64,000 bases of DNA from NCBI GenBank assembly GCA_015231405.1, contig JADGBR010000001.1:91964-155963 (forward strand). The letters run 5' to 3'. Positions 48,377 to 57,846 of the stretch are shown in pieces. The DNA comes from Candidatus Omnitrophota bacterium (GTDB lineage Bacteria > Omnitrophota > Gorgyraeia > Tantalellales > Tantalellaceae). The position numbers were made by a program, and so were the translations under genes. The notes below the pieces were generated by a model. The model was not told the DNA's origin. It ran no database searches and saw only the letters and a list, made by a program, of their open reading frames with translations. Within the stretch, counting starts at the first letter, position 1; every line of letters begins with the position of its first letter.

Positions 48377-49273
48377 ATGGATGTAAATATGACCAGGGTC
48401 GGCAAGGTGGTGCAGTTCGCGATAAAGGAAGATGTATGGACAAGAGATATTACCTCGGAATCGGTATTGGATCCCGCCCAAGAGATCACCGCGGCGATCA
48501 CGGCCAAACAGCCCGGGATAGTTTGCGGGATACAGGTCGTTGAAAAAGCTTTTAATCTAGTGGATCCTAATACACGTTTTAAATACATGGTCAAGGATGG
48601 CGACCGCGTCGAAGCCGGAAGGGAAATAGCTTTTATAGAAGGCAACGTTCTCTCTGTGATGAGGACGGAAAGGGTCGCTTTGAATTTCCTCTCCTATCTC
48701 AGCGGTGTATCCACAAGAACGCGGGAATTTGTCGACAAAGTACGCGGGACGAAAGCAAAGATATATGACACGCGCAAAACTATGCCGCTCCACAGATACA
48801 TGCAGAAATATGCCGTCCGCGTAGGCGGGGGAGAGAACCACCGCTGGGGGCTATGGGATATGGTCCTTATCAAGGATAACCACCTAAGGGCCTACGGCAT
48901 CAGGAAAAAGACCGTCAATAACGAAAGCGTGATAAGGGGTATAATAAAGGAAGCGAGGGAGAACGTACAACGGAATATTAAGATCGAAATAGAGGTTGAA
49001 AGCCTGAACGAAGCCAGATACGCGCTTCACGAGGCTCCGGACATCATTATGCTGGATAATATGCAGCCCGAAGAGGTAAGGAAAGCCGTGAAGGTACGTT
49101 CAGAAATGGGGCTGGAGGACAGGGTAAAACTTGAGGTTTCGGGCGGCATAACCGTCGCCAATGTCAGAGAATACGCCGAGACCGGGATAGATATGATATC
49201 TTCAGGGTCATTGACGGCGTCTATATCTTCAATGGATTACGGCATGGAGATCGTTATGAGGGATAACCAGTAG
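48377..49273 (+). CDS. nadC: quinolinate phosphoribosyltransferase
   Basis: ERVALNFL, DTRKT, HRWGL.D.VLIKDNH, EIEVE, MLDN, SGGIT. Confidence 0.95.
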   Translation: MDVNMTRVGKVVQFAIKEDVWTRDITSESVLDPAQEITAAITAKQPGIVCGIQVVEKAFNLVDPNTRFKYMVKDGDRVEAGREIAFIEGNVLSVMRTERVALNFLSYLSGVSTRTREFVDKVRGTKAKIYDTRKTMPLHRYMQKYAVRVGGGENHRWGLWDMVLIKDNHLRAYGIRKKTVNNESVIRGIIKEARENVQRNIKIEIEVESLNEARYALHEAPDIIMLDNMQPEEVRKAVKVRSEMGLEDRVKLEVSGGITVANVREYAETGIDMISSGSLTASISSMDYGMEIVMRDNQ

Positions 49274-49391
49274 TGCCGGTTGTCCGTTGTCAGTTGCCGG
49301 TTGTAGGTTCTTTGTCTCCCCTCGGTCATAGCTTTGAATAATGATAATTGAATAAACAGGCAACGGGCAACAGGCACCCGACAACTAACCA
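49273..49391. repeat. inverted heptamer array (TTGYCRG family)
   Basis: GTGCCGG TTGTCCG TTGTCAG TTGCCGG TTGTAGG (49273-49307); CAGGCAA CGGGCAA CAGGCAC CCGACAA CTAACCA (49357-49391). Confidence 0.9.
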
Positions 49392-49414
49392 GTTGTTCCT
49401 CTGGATATCCGACT

Positions 49415-51496
49415 ATGGACAAGTTTCAGCTGATCACTGATATGAAACCCGCCGGCGACCAGCCCGATGCTATTCTAGCTATGACGCGCTCCATTACGGC
49501 TGGCAACAAATATCAGACGCTCATAGGAGTTACCGGCAGCGGAAAAACCTTTACTATGGCCAATATCATCGAAAAGGTGAATAAGCCAGTCCTCGTGATA
49601 TCCCACAATAAAACCCTAGCCGCCCAGCTTTATTCTGAGTTCAAGGATTTTTTTCCGAACAACGCCGTAGAATACTTCGTTTCTTATTACGACTATTATC
49701 AGCCCGAAGCGTATGTCCCTCAGACCGACCTTTATATCGAAAAGGACGCATCTATTAACGAGGATATTGACAGGCTAAGACTATCGGCTACCAGCTCATT
49801 ATTCTCGAGGAGAGACGTGGTTATAGTCGCCAGCATTTCATGCATTTACGGCCTGGGTTCTCCCGAAGATTATTCTACAATGCTTGTCAAGGTCGCTAGA
49901 AACGAGAGGGTCGAGAGGGACGAAGTACTGAAAAAGCTGGTTGATATCCAATACACGCGGGATAATTACAGCCTTGAAAGGGGAAAGTTCCGTGTTAGGG
50001 GAGATACCGTGGAGATACTGCCGGCATACAAGCAGACCGCCGTGCGAATTGACCTATTGGGCGATGAGGTTTCCCGGATAGCGGAGATCGATCCCGTCTC
50101 CGGCGATATCCTGGCCGAGCTCGACAAAATATTTATCTATCCGGCGAAGCATTTTGTCACAACAGAGGAAAAGATAAAAAAAGCGGTGTGCGCGATCCAG
50201 GCGGAACTTGAGGAAAGGCTCTCTTTTCTTCGCTCTAGCGGCAAGCTGCTTGAAGCTCAAAGGATCGAAGGCCGGACTAAATACGATATAGAGATGCTGA
50301 GCGAGTTAGGGTACTGTAACGGCATAGAGAACTATTCAAGGCATCTATCCGGAAGGGCTCCGGGATCAAGGCCGTGGTGTCTGTTGGATTATTTCGGTGA
50401 TGATTACCTCGTGATAATAGACGAATCCCACGTGACGCTCCCGCAGGTTCACGCCATGTATAACGGCGACCAGGCGAGGAAGCGGACGCTTGTGGACTAC
50501 GGCTTCAGGCTGCCTTCGGCGCTCGATAACAGACCACTAAAATATGAGGAGTTCATGGAAATCGTCCGCCGCATCCTTTATGTTTCAGCAACTCCCGGGG
50601 AATTTGAGATAAGGACCAGCGCCGTTGTCGCTGAGCAGATCATAAGGCCTACTGGCCTTATCGACCCTTTGATCGAGGTGCGTCCGACCGAAAGGCAGAT
50701 ACACGATCTTGCCGGTGAGATAGTTAAGCGGGCGAAAAGAGGCGAAAGGACCCTGGTCACGACCCTCACTAAAAGGATGGCCGAGGAGCTCACAAGGTTC
50801 CTTAAGGAGATGAAGCTAAGGGTCAGCTACATACATTCGGAAGTTAATACCATGGACCGGGTGGAGATAGTGAGGGATCTGAGGCTTGGAGAATTCGATT
50901 GTCTTGTAGGGGTCAATCTTTTAAGGGAAGGGCTGGACATGCCGGAGGTTTCTCTTGTCGCGATACTGGACGCTGATAAAGAAGGTTTTTTAAGGAGCGG
51001 GACTAGCCTCCTTCAGACCGCTGGAAGGGCCGCCAGGCATATTAACGGTGAAGTGATATTTTACGCGGACAATATCACCGACTCCATGAAAAAGGTCATC
51101 GATATCACCAACACGAGGAGAACAAAGCAGGCGGGCTATAATAGAGATCATGGCATAACTCCCGTGACCATCGTAAAGGCCATAAAAGAAGGAGTAGAAT
51201 CTTACCGAAAGGCAAAGGAAGTTACGGCGGAAGCGATAGGCGGTAAGGAAGGCGAGTACGACATTGTAGAGCTGATAGGCGAGATAGAGCGAGAAATGGA
51301 ACAGGCCGCAAGGAACCTGGAGTTCGAAAAAGCTATTGTTCTTCGTGACGAGAGACAGAGACTTAGGGAAATGTTGGGCGACCGGGCAGGGGACAAGGGG
51401 CAAGGGTCAGGGAAAGGGGAAGGTTTGGGCGGGGTTGTCGGGGGTGAAAAGAAGAATGGGGCAAAAAAGCGGCGGAAGAAGTTCAGGCGAAGATGA
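49415..51496 (+). CDS. uvrB: excinuclease ABC subunit B
   Basis: [45 protein letters not shown] domain. Confidence 0.98.
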   Translation: MDKFQLITDMKPAGDQPDAILAMTRSITAGNKYQTLIGVTGSGKTFTMANIIEKVNKPVLVISHNKTLAAQLYSEFKDFFPNNAVEYFVSYYDYYQPEAYVPQTDLYIEKDASINEDIDRLRLSATSSLFSRRDVVIVASISCIYGLGSPEDYSTMLVKVARNERVERDEVLKKLVDIQYTRDNYSLERGKFRVRGDTVEILPAYKQTAVRIDLLGDEVSRIAEIDPVSGDILAELDKIFIYPAKHFVTTEEKIKKAVCAIQAELEERLSFLRSSGKLLEAQRIEGRTKYDIEMLSELGYCNGIENYSRHLSGRAPGSRPWCLLDYFGDDYLVIIDESHVTLPQVHAMYNGDQARKRTLVDYGFRLPSALDNRPLKYEEFMEIVRRILYVSATPGEFEIRTSAVVAEQIIRPTGLIDPLIEVRPTERQIHDLAGEIVKRAKRGERTLVTTLTKRMAEELTRFLKEMKLRVSYIHSEVNTMDRVEIVRDLRLGEFDCLVGVNLLREGLDMPEVSLVAILDADKEGFLRSGTSLLQTAGRAARHINGEVIFYADNITDSMKKVIDITNTRRTKQAGYNRDHGITPVTIVKAIKEGVESYRKAKEVTAEAIGGKEGEYDIVELIGEIEREMEQAARNLEFEKAIVLRDERQRLREMLGDRAGDKGQGSGKGEGLGGVVGGEKKNGAKKRRKKFRRR

Positions 51497-52473
51497 AGAA
51501 CGATCTTGAGATCAAAGGGAAAATAATATGGCTTTTAAGGGATAGCAAAGAAGGGTATATTTCCGGAGAGAGCATATCGAAAAAATTGGGTTTTTCACGG
51601 GCATATCTTTGGAAATATATATCCGAACTGAGGGATGACGGGTATTCGATCGACGCGGAGCCGCATAAGGGTTACTCGTTAAGATCGTCGCCCGACAAAT
51701 TATTCGATTTTGAGGTGAAGCGCCTTTTACGGACCCAGACAATCGGTAAAAACGGGCTATATTATTACAGCAAGATCTCTTCAACTAACGACACGGCGTA
51801 CGCTCTTGCCGAAGAAGGGGTCAAAGACGGAGCGGTCGTCATCGCCGAGGTCCAGACCGGAGGGAAAGGAAGGCTCGGAAGAAAATGGGTTTCACCTCCA
51901 GGCGGGCTCTATTTTTCGTTAGTTCTCCGGCCCGGGCTGCCTCTAAAGGATGTCCAGTCAGTCACTCTCCTCGCCGCGAGCGCTGTTTCCCGTTCGATCC
52001 TGAACGTTACCGGCGTTCGGACGGGCATAAAATGGCCGAATGATGTCTTTTTTAAGGATAAGAAGATATGCGGTATACTGACGGAAGTGAAAGCTCATCC
52101 CGATAAGCTTGATTATCTGATTTTGGGGGTAGGGGTGAACGTTAATACCCCTGTCTCTAAGTTGCCCGCGATGTCGACGAGCATAAAGGATGTAGCGAAT
52201 TACTCAACTGACAGGCGAGCGCTTCTTTCGGACATTCTTTTCGAGTTCGAGGCGAGATACAACGAGCTTAAAGATAAGGGGTTCGGGCGCTTAAGGGAAG
52301 AATGCAAAAAGTATTCGATTTTGCTGGGCAATAAAGTTAAAATAACACTGCATGACAGAATTATTGAAGGGATAGCCGAGGACATCGACGAGATCGGCGC
52401 GCTCGTCGTTGCCGGCGCTAACGGAAAAAAGCAAAGGATCTTTTCAGGTGACGTTGAATTGTGCCGAATGTGA
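51493..52473 (+). CDS. birA: bifunctional biotin--protein ligase / repressor
   Basis: N-terminal wHTH (ISGE), [23 protein letters not shown]. Confidence 0.95.
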   Translation: MKNDLEIKGKIIWLLRDSKEGYISGESISKKLGFSRAYLWKYISELRDDGYSIDAEPHKGYSLRSSPDKLFDFEVKRLLRTQTIGKNGLYYYSKISSTNDTAYALAEEGVKDGAVVIAEVQTGGKGRLGRKWVSPPGGLYFSLVLRPGLPLKDVQSVTLLAASAVSRSILNVTGVRTGIKWPNDVFFKDKKICGILTEVKAHPDKLDYLILGVGVNVNTPVSKLPAMSTSIKDVANYSTDRRALLSDILFEFEARYNELKDKGFGRLREECKKYSILLGNKVKITLHDRIIEGIAEDIDEIGALVVAGANGKKQRIFSGDVELCRM

Positions 52474-52496
52474 TCGGTAAGACTGTTTTTACACAT

Positions 52497-52604
52497 TCGG
52501 CGGTGCAAAACCCCGCCGTTAACGGCGGGGTCGGGAAAGTCGCCTCAGTATGAACTTTTCCCTTGAAACCCAGGGCTTTAGCCCTGGGAGTATGAATGGG
52601 TTCA
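52497..52604. mobile_element. IS200/IS605-like paired palindromes (non-autonomous relic)
   Basis: ACCCCGCCGTTAACGGCGGGGT (52510-52531) and GAAACCCAGGGCTTTAGCCCTGGGAG (52565-52590); no transposase ORF. Confidence 0.5.
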
Positions 52605-52641
52605 TTAGAAATAGCGGGACACGGTCATAGGGAGGGATCGG

Positions 52642-53394
52642 ATGAAACTGCTTATAGATATCGGGAACACAAATACGGCTCTTCAGCTCCTCTCCGGCGA
52701 TAAATTCGTTAAGAGGTTCACCATCCATACTTCAAGAAAAGGGGTGTGTATAAAGTCGCTCAGCCGCCTTCTCAGGAGCTGCCTGGGAGATATTGACGAG
52801 ATCATAATCGTAAGCGTTGTCCCAAGATTCCTTTTAATGATCGCCGCGTCGCTTAGGAAGATCAGCGTGAAATGGCGGATAAAAGTCGTCGGTAAAGACC
52901 TTTTTGTGCCTATAGTCAACAAATACAAGTATCCTAAGCAGGTCGGGCAGGACAGGCTTCTAGCGGCGTTCGCTTCAATCCTCCATTTTCCTCCCCCGGC
53001 TGTGGCGATCGATTTCGGCACGGCCGTCACGTTCGATTATGTCAATTCCTCCCGTGAATATGAGGGAGGGTTAATATTTCCCGGAATGAGGCTGGCTGAG
53101 AGCTATCTCGAGGAAGATACCGCGCTTCTTCCAAGCATTCGTATAGAGCCGGCTAAAGGATTCATCGGAAAAGACACGAAAAGCAGCATGAACAACGGAT
53201 TGATCTATGGTTACACTTTTTTATGCGACGGCATGGTGCGTAAGTTCAGGGAGAAATACGGCAGCAAGATAAAAGTGATTGCCACGGGCGGAGACGCCGC
53301 TCTTATCGCGCGATATTCACGGGAGATCGACAAAGTCGTTCCGGACCTTATATTCGAAGGGATGAGGGAAATGATAGCGGTTAAAAAAGGATGA
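52642..53394 (+). CDS. coaX: type III pantothenate kinase
   Basis: IDIGNTNT, SVVP, GQDR, DFGTAVT, GGLIFPG, ATGG. Confidence 0.94.
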   Translation: MKLLIDIGNTNTALQLLSGDKFVKRFTIHTSRKGVCIKSLSRLLRSCLGDIDEIIIVSVVPRFLLMIAASLRKISVKWRIKVVGKDLFVPIVNKYKYPKQVGQDRLLAAFASILHFPPPAVAIDFGTAVTFDYVNSSREYEGGLIFPGMRLAESYLEEDTALLPSIRIEPAKGFIGKDTKSSMNNGLIYGYTFLCDGMVRKFREKYGSKIKVIATGGDAALIARYSREIDKVVPDLIFEGMREMIAVKKG

Positions 53395-54209
53395 ATAGCA
53401 TGAGAAAATATATTCTGTACGCTCTGTTCCCGGTTGTTTTAGCGGCAATAATTATGGGGTGCGGCAATAAGGAAGATCTTAAAGGGGATGTGATCGCAAC
53501 GGTGAACGGTGAGCCTGTTTACGCGAAAGATGTCGAGTGGTCCATTGAACTTAATAAGAAGCGCGACCCCATGTTCAAACTTACTCCTCTAACGTTCAAA
53601 GAACAGGTCGACATGATCATAGATAAAAAACTTCTAATACAGGAAGCCAGAAAGGAGAAGCTTGACAGGACGGAACGGTTCGTTTCCACCATACAGTCTT
53701 TCTGGGAGCAGACGCTTATACGCGACCTCATGGATCAAAGGTCGAGAAATATCGTCAGTTCGATCAAGGTGTCAGAGTCTGAAATTGAAGGATATTACAA
53801 GAACATATCGCATCAAAAGGTATTTCAGGTCCTTAGGACCGCCGACAAGGAGAAAGTGTCTCGCCTGGTCCTGAAAGATCCCAAAGATATAGAGTGGGAG
53901 GAGACCGTCGGCCCTATAACATATGATGATGCCTCGGCGGTCATGAAAAAGGCTTTCGCTTTTTCGGAAGGCAGGATGAAGGTCATCGAGGATGGTGGGA
54001 CATATTTCCTCTTTTTCGTGAAATCGGATAAGTCGATCCCTCTCGGGCCGCTCGCCGATATCAGGAATAAGATCGGGGAAAAGATAATGAACGACAGAAA
54101 GAACGAGATGTTCGACGGATGGCTTGGCTCTGTCAGGCGTAAAGCCACAATAGATATCAACAGTTCGGTCATGAAGGGGATGAGCTCGAAATATGAAGAT
54201 CAAGAATAG
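53391..54209 (+). CDS. SurA/PrsA-like chaperone lipoprotein
   Basis: Lipobox IIMG-C; VIATVNGEP, LLIQEA, VSESEIEGYY; degenerate parvulin region; start may be 53400. Confidence 0.7.
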   Translation: MNSMRKYILYALFPVVLAAIIMGCGNKEDLKGDVIATVNGEPVYAKDVEWSIELNKKRDPMFKLTPLTFKEQVDMIIDKKLLIQEARKEKLDRTERFVSTIQSFWEQTLIRDLMDQRSRNIVSSIKVSESEIEGYYKNISHQKVFQVLRTADKEKVSRLVLKDPKDIEWEETVGPITYDDASAVMKKAFAFSEGRMKVIEDGGTYFLFFVKSDKSIPLGPLADIRNKIGEKIMNDRKNEMFDGWLGSVRRKATIDINSSVMKGMSSKYEDQE

Positions 54210-54783
54210 AAGAAAGAATTATTTTATTAAGAAGCAGTTCCAGACCGAATTTTTTATTAAATTTATCGCACTTTTGCTTTCTGAGGGCCTTCTCCTGACT
54301 TCGCTTTTTATGCTCATGGCAAGAGGGACTCTTGTAACGGCATATGGCTCAGACGGTCTTGTCATAAAAACGGCCGGGGGATATTTCTTTCTTAATTTCA
54401 TCATAGCGACCCTTCTTGTCGGAACGGCTATAGGTATTGCCGGAGTATTTGTTTTTATCTATCTGACTCACAGGTTGGGGGGACCGCTATACAAGATCGA
54501 AAAGACCATCGGCGAAGCAGCTGAAGGCGATATCTCTAAAAGGATCGAGCTTCGGAGCACCGACCAGCTCGGTGACCTTAAAGATGGCCTTAATTTTTTC
54601 TTGGATTCGGTCGACGGGTATATCTCTGAGATAAAAAAGGACCTCTCTGGTATCATAACGTGCTGTTCCGATAGCGATGGAATGGATCCCGAGAAGGTCC
54701 GAGAGCTCGGGGCCAGACTGGAAAAGATGAGGGCGTCCCTGACTTTTTTTAATACATCCAAGTATAATGAAAATAAACCTTAA
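54193..54783 (+). CDS. membrane protein with two TM segments and a HAMP-like domain
   Basis: RRKNYFIKKQFQ N-terminus, two hydrophobic helices, HRLGGPLYKIEK...GDIS..IELRSTDQL. Confidence 0.7.
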   Translation: MKIKNRRKNYFIKKQFQTEFFIKFIALLLSEGLLLTSLFMLMARGTLVTAYGSDGLVIKTAGGYFFLNFIIATLLVGTAIGIAGVFVFIYLTHRLGGPLYKIEKTIGEAAEGDISKRIELRSTDQLGDLKDGLNFFLDSVDGYISEIKKDLSGIITCCSDSDGMDPEKVRELGARLEKMRASLTFFNTSKYNENKP

Positions 54784-55261
54784 CCTTGTTTTTTATGCGG
54801 TATTGGCTGCCATGCCGGCGATATTCCCTTTCTCCAGTTCCGCGGGAGAAGAAAGAGATTTTGACACTTCCTACTGCTCGATAACATATCCCGATACAAA
54901 GACCCTCGGGGATTTCTTTTTCAGGATCGGCGGAAGGCGGTTCAATTTCGAGGACGATACAGCACTCGCCAGGTCGAGGGCCGACAGGATAATCGACAGG
55001 GTGATGGCTATCCTCGGGATGTATCCGAAAAATTTCAAGGTTCGTGTCCGACTCTATTCCGAGTATTCTCTGGGGTCGATCGCTTCTTACGATTCAAAAA
55101 CCGACGTTGTGACCGTATACGCCAATAAGGTCACTGACGGAGTATTCGCCCATGAGGTGGCTCATGCAGTCATCTGTAAGTATTTTCACCCAAACCCTCC
55201 CGGCAAGGCCCAGGAAATATTGACACAATATGTGGACAAGCATCTTTGGGATGATTACTAA
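54767..55261 (+). CDS. exported hypothetical protein with HEXXH motif
   Basis: Signal peptide; VFAHEVAH followed by QEIL. Confidence 0.7.
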   Translation: MKINLNLVFYAVLAAMPAIFPFSSSAGEERDFDTSYCSITYPDTKTLGDFFFRIGGRRFNFEDDTALARSRADRIIDRVMAILGMYPKNFKVRVRLYSEYSLGSIASYDSKTDVVTVYANKVTDGVFAHEVAHAVICKYFHPNPPGKAQEILTQYVDKHLWDDY

Positions 55262-55320
55262 AACGAAAGCCTGTTCAGCGAGCAAGTCAGACTTCGTCAT
55301 CCCTTAGAAGTGAAAATTTC

Positions 55321-55350
55321 TTGCTGAATAAAATATTAGTATGCTATAAT
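55321..55350 (+). promoter_or_regulatory. promoter for tRNA-Lys/tRNA-Gly
   Basis: TTGCTG-18 nt-TATAAT with TGn extension. Confidence 0.65.
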
Positions 55351-55378
55351 ACCCGCGCTTTTGATTAGAGTGCTTTAT

Positions 55379-55454
55379 GCCCGCATAGCTCAGTTGGTAG
55401 AGCAACTGACTCTTAATCAGTGGGTCCAAGGTTCGAGCCCTTGTGCGGGTACCA
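55379..55454 (+). tRNA. tRNA-Lys (CTT)
   Basis: 76-nt cloverleaf, anticodon arm ACTGA-CTCTTAA-TCAGT, GTTCGAG, encoded CCA. Confidence 0.96.
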
Positions 55455-55481
55455 TAAATTCGGCACATAGCTGGATTTGTG

Positions 55482-55575
55482 AGAATAGAGAACGGATATT
55501 GGAAAATAGATGTGGTGGATTTTGCATCCATCTTATATAATGGTGAACCGTTCTCTTCTCTCTAATTTCTATTGT
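55482..55575. repeat. inverted heptamer array (AGAAYRG family)
   Basis: AGAATAG AGAACGG ATATTGG AAAATAG (55482-55509); CCGTTCT CTTCTCT CTAATTT CTATTGT (55548-55575). Confidence 0.8.
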
Positions 55576-55583
55576 TCTATGAC

Positions 55584-55659
55584 GCGGGTGTAGCTCAGTT
55601 GGTAGAGCATCACGTTGCCAACGTGATTGTCGTCGGTTCGAGCCCGATCACCCGCTCCA
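55584..55659 (+). tRNA. tRNA-Gly (GCC)
   Basis: 76 nt, acceptor GCGGGTG/CACCCGC, anticodon loop TTGCCAA, encoded CCA. Confidence 0.96.
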
Positions 55660-55766
55660 ATTTTTTAAGGAAAGCATGAATACTGTCCGGAGCTTTTTCT
55701 TCCCCGTTCGCATTATTATCGCTGGCGCGTTGACACTTTCGTTACAACAATCAGGGAGACACTAAT

Positions 55767-56240
55767 ATGAAGCTCATCGAACTGTTAGATCCGGAAGCGG
55801 TAACCGTCAGTATCCAGTCAAACAATAAAGAGGGCGTTCTTTCGGAGTTGGTAGATCTTCTGGTTAAATCCGGAAGCATAAAAAAAGCTGAGAAAGATAT
55901 GGTCTTGAAGAAGCTCAAAGAAAGAGAGGTCCTCGGGTCAACGGGCATAGGTAAAGGGGTCGGAATACCTCACGCAAAGTGTCCTTTCGTCAAGAAGATG
56001 GTAGCGGCTATCGGGATATCGAAAGAACCCGTGGATTTTAAATCATTGGACGGCGAGCCCACGCATATTTTCTTCCTTTTGATAGCGCCGGGAGACAACC
56101 CGGGACCGCACCTGAAATCACTCGCGAAGATCTCGCGTCTATTGGATGACAAATTCATCAGGGATCGGTTGCGGTCCGCGCAGGACAGCGCGCAGGTCCT
56201 CAAAATAATTAAGGATGAGGAACAGAAGAAGCTCGTGTAG
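55767..56240 (+). CDS. PTS IIA component (PtsN/Fru-type)
   Basis: REVLGSTGIGKGVGIPHAK, DFKSLDGEP, HLKSLAKISRLL. Confidence 0.92.
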   Translation: MKLIELLDPEAVTVSIQSNNKEGVLSELVDLLVKSGSIKKAEKDMVLKKLKEREVLGSTGIGKGVGIPHAKCPFVKKMVAAIGISKEPVDFKSLDGEPTHIFFLLIAPGDNPGPHLKSLAKISRLLDDKFIRDRLRSAQDSAQVLKIIKDEEQKKLV

Positions 56241-56300
56241 AGTTCTTCTGACCTCTTTGCTCTAAGGGCCGCCGACCGGCGGCGGTACGCACCGGGGATC

Positions 56301-57548
56301 ATGAAAAGACTGAAATGGCTATATCCTGGAATGCTCATCAAACGGTGGATAAGTCTGTCCGTTATCGGGATAGTCATGGTCGCTATGGGTTTTGTGATCG
56401 TCATAGCCGAAAAAATACCGGAGAACAAGACGATCGCCGGGCTCATAATAATCCTCGGGATAATGATCATGGTCTACGCCGTGAAAAGGATATTTAAAAC
56501 ACTTGTCACAGCCCTCGTGCCCCAAAGTTATGACAGCCTCCTGGTCGATAAGGTATACGAGAAACACGTGCTTGTCAGGGGGCCGAAGATAGTAGTTATA
56601 GGCGGCGGCACGGGTCTTTCAACTCTTCTCACAGGTCTAAAGACCAGGACCAGCAATATTACCGCCATAGTTACCGTAGCGGACGATGGCGGGTCTTCAG
56701 GAAGGCTAAGGAAAGAATTCGACGTACTCCCACCGGGCGATATAAGGAACTGCCTGGTGGCTCTTTCAGATTCGGAGGATATACTGGGTCCTCTTTTCCA
56801 ATTCAGGTTCGAGGAGGGTAAAGAGCTCGAGGGGCATAATTTCGGGAATCTTTTCATTACGGCTCTTTCCAAGATCACCGGAGATTTTAACAGGGCCATA
56901 AGGGAGTCAAGCAAGGTCCTGAACATAAGGGGAAGCGTCTTCCCGGCGACGCTAGATAAAGTTCAGCTTATTGCCGAAAGGCAGGACGGAAGGAGGATAA
57001 CCGGGGAAAGCCGAATAAGGGAAGAGAGCGGCAGTCCCATAGTCAGGATGTACATTACTCCGGAAGATTGCGAAGCCTCTAGTGAGGCTCTCGAAGCTAT
57101 AAAAAAAGCGGATGTAATAGTGCTTGGTCCCGGGAGTCTTTATACGAGCGTTATGCCTAATCTCCTCATATCCGGCATTAAAGACACGATAACCGGTGCC
57201 AGGGGCATAAAGATCTATGTTTGCAACATTATGACCGAGTACGGCGAGACGGACGACTATTCCGTGAGTGAGCACGCAAAGGCGGTCATAAAACATACCG
57301 CCGGCAGGTTCATGGATTATTGCGTTTGTAATACAAGAAAAATACCCGAGAGGCTGTCCGAGAAGTATAAAATAAAAAAACAGTTTCCCGTAAAGACCAC
57401 TGCCAGGGACGAGGAGTGGTTCAGCGACGAAAAGATACTTCTTATAAAGGCGGATATCGCCAGCATGGAAGAGTTCGTCAGGCATGATCCGAGAAAGCTT
57501 TCGGACGTCATTATGAATATCTATAACGCGGCGAAGCACGGCGGGTAG
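56301..57548 (+). CDS. YvcK/GlmR family UDP-GlcNAc-binding protein with N-terminal TM region
   Basis: IGGGTGL, VTVADDGGSSG, PPGDIRN, GHNFGNL, GPGSLYTS, RHD. Confidence 0.92.
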   Translation: MKRLKWLYPGMLIKRWISLSVIGIVMVAMGFVIVIAEKIPENKTIAGLIIILGIMIMVYAVKRIFKTLVTALVPQSYDSLLVDKVYEKHVLVRGPKIVVIGGGTGLSTLLTGLKTRTSNITAIVTVADDGGSSGRLRKEFDVLPPGDIRNCLVALSDSEDILGPLFQFRFEEGKELEGHNFGNLFITALSKITGDFNRAIRESSKVLNIRGSVFPATLDKVQLIAERQDGRRITGESRIREESGSPIVRMYITPEDCEASSEALEAIKKADVIVLGPGSLYTSVMPNLLISGIKDTITGARGIKIYVCNIMTEYGETDDYSVSEHAKAVIKHTAGRFMDYCVCNTRKIPERLSEKYKIKKQFPVKTTARDEEWFSDEKILLIKADIASMEEFVRHDPRKLSDVIMNIYNAAKHGG

Positions 57549-57555
57549 CGAGAGG

Positions 57556-57828
57556 ATGATCATAAAAAAAGAGGTGATAGTCAGGAACGGTTCAGGTCTG
57601 CACGCGCGGCCAGCGGCGATGTTCGTTCAGATCGCAAATAAATACTCGAGCGTCATCAAAATAGTTAAGGACGGGCAGGAAGTCAACGGCAAGTCAATAA
57701 TGGGTATACTGATGCTTGCCGCGGAAAAAGGCGCAAGGGTCGTCCTGACAGTTGACGGCGTTGACGCGGAGGCGGCCGCCCAGGAGTTGGAGACTTTCCT
57801 CCTTAAGGAAAAAGATCCGGAGATGTAA
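57556..57828 (+). CDS. ptsH: phosphocarrier protein HPr
   Basis: GLHARPA, NGKSIMGILMLAA. Confidence 0.95.
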   Translation: MIIKKEVIVRNGSGLHARPAAMFVQIANKYSSVIKIVKDGQEVNGKSIMGILMLAAEKGARVVLTVDGVDAEAAAQELETFLLKEKDPEM

Positions 57829-57846
57829 GGGATAGGTTCTAAGATC

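Noticed and set aside
433-55575. CRISPR array interpretation of the intergenic repeats
   Set aside because: Units are 7 nt, tandem and inverted; there are no 23-47 nt repeats with unique spacers and no cas genes
38031-55659. Integrative element at the tRNA genes
   Set aside because: No integrase and no duplicated tRNA 3' end seen; flanks are housekeeping genes
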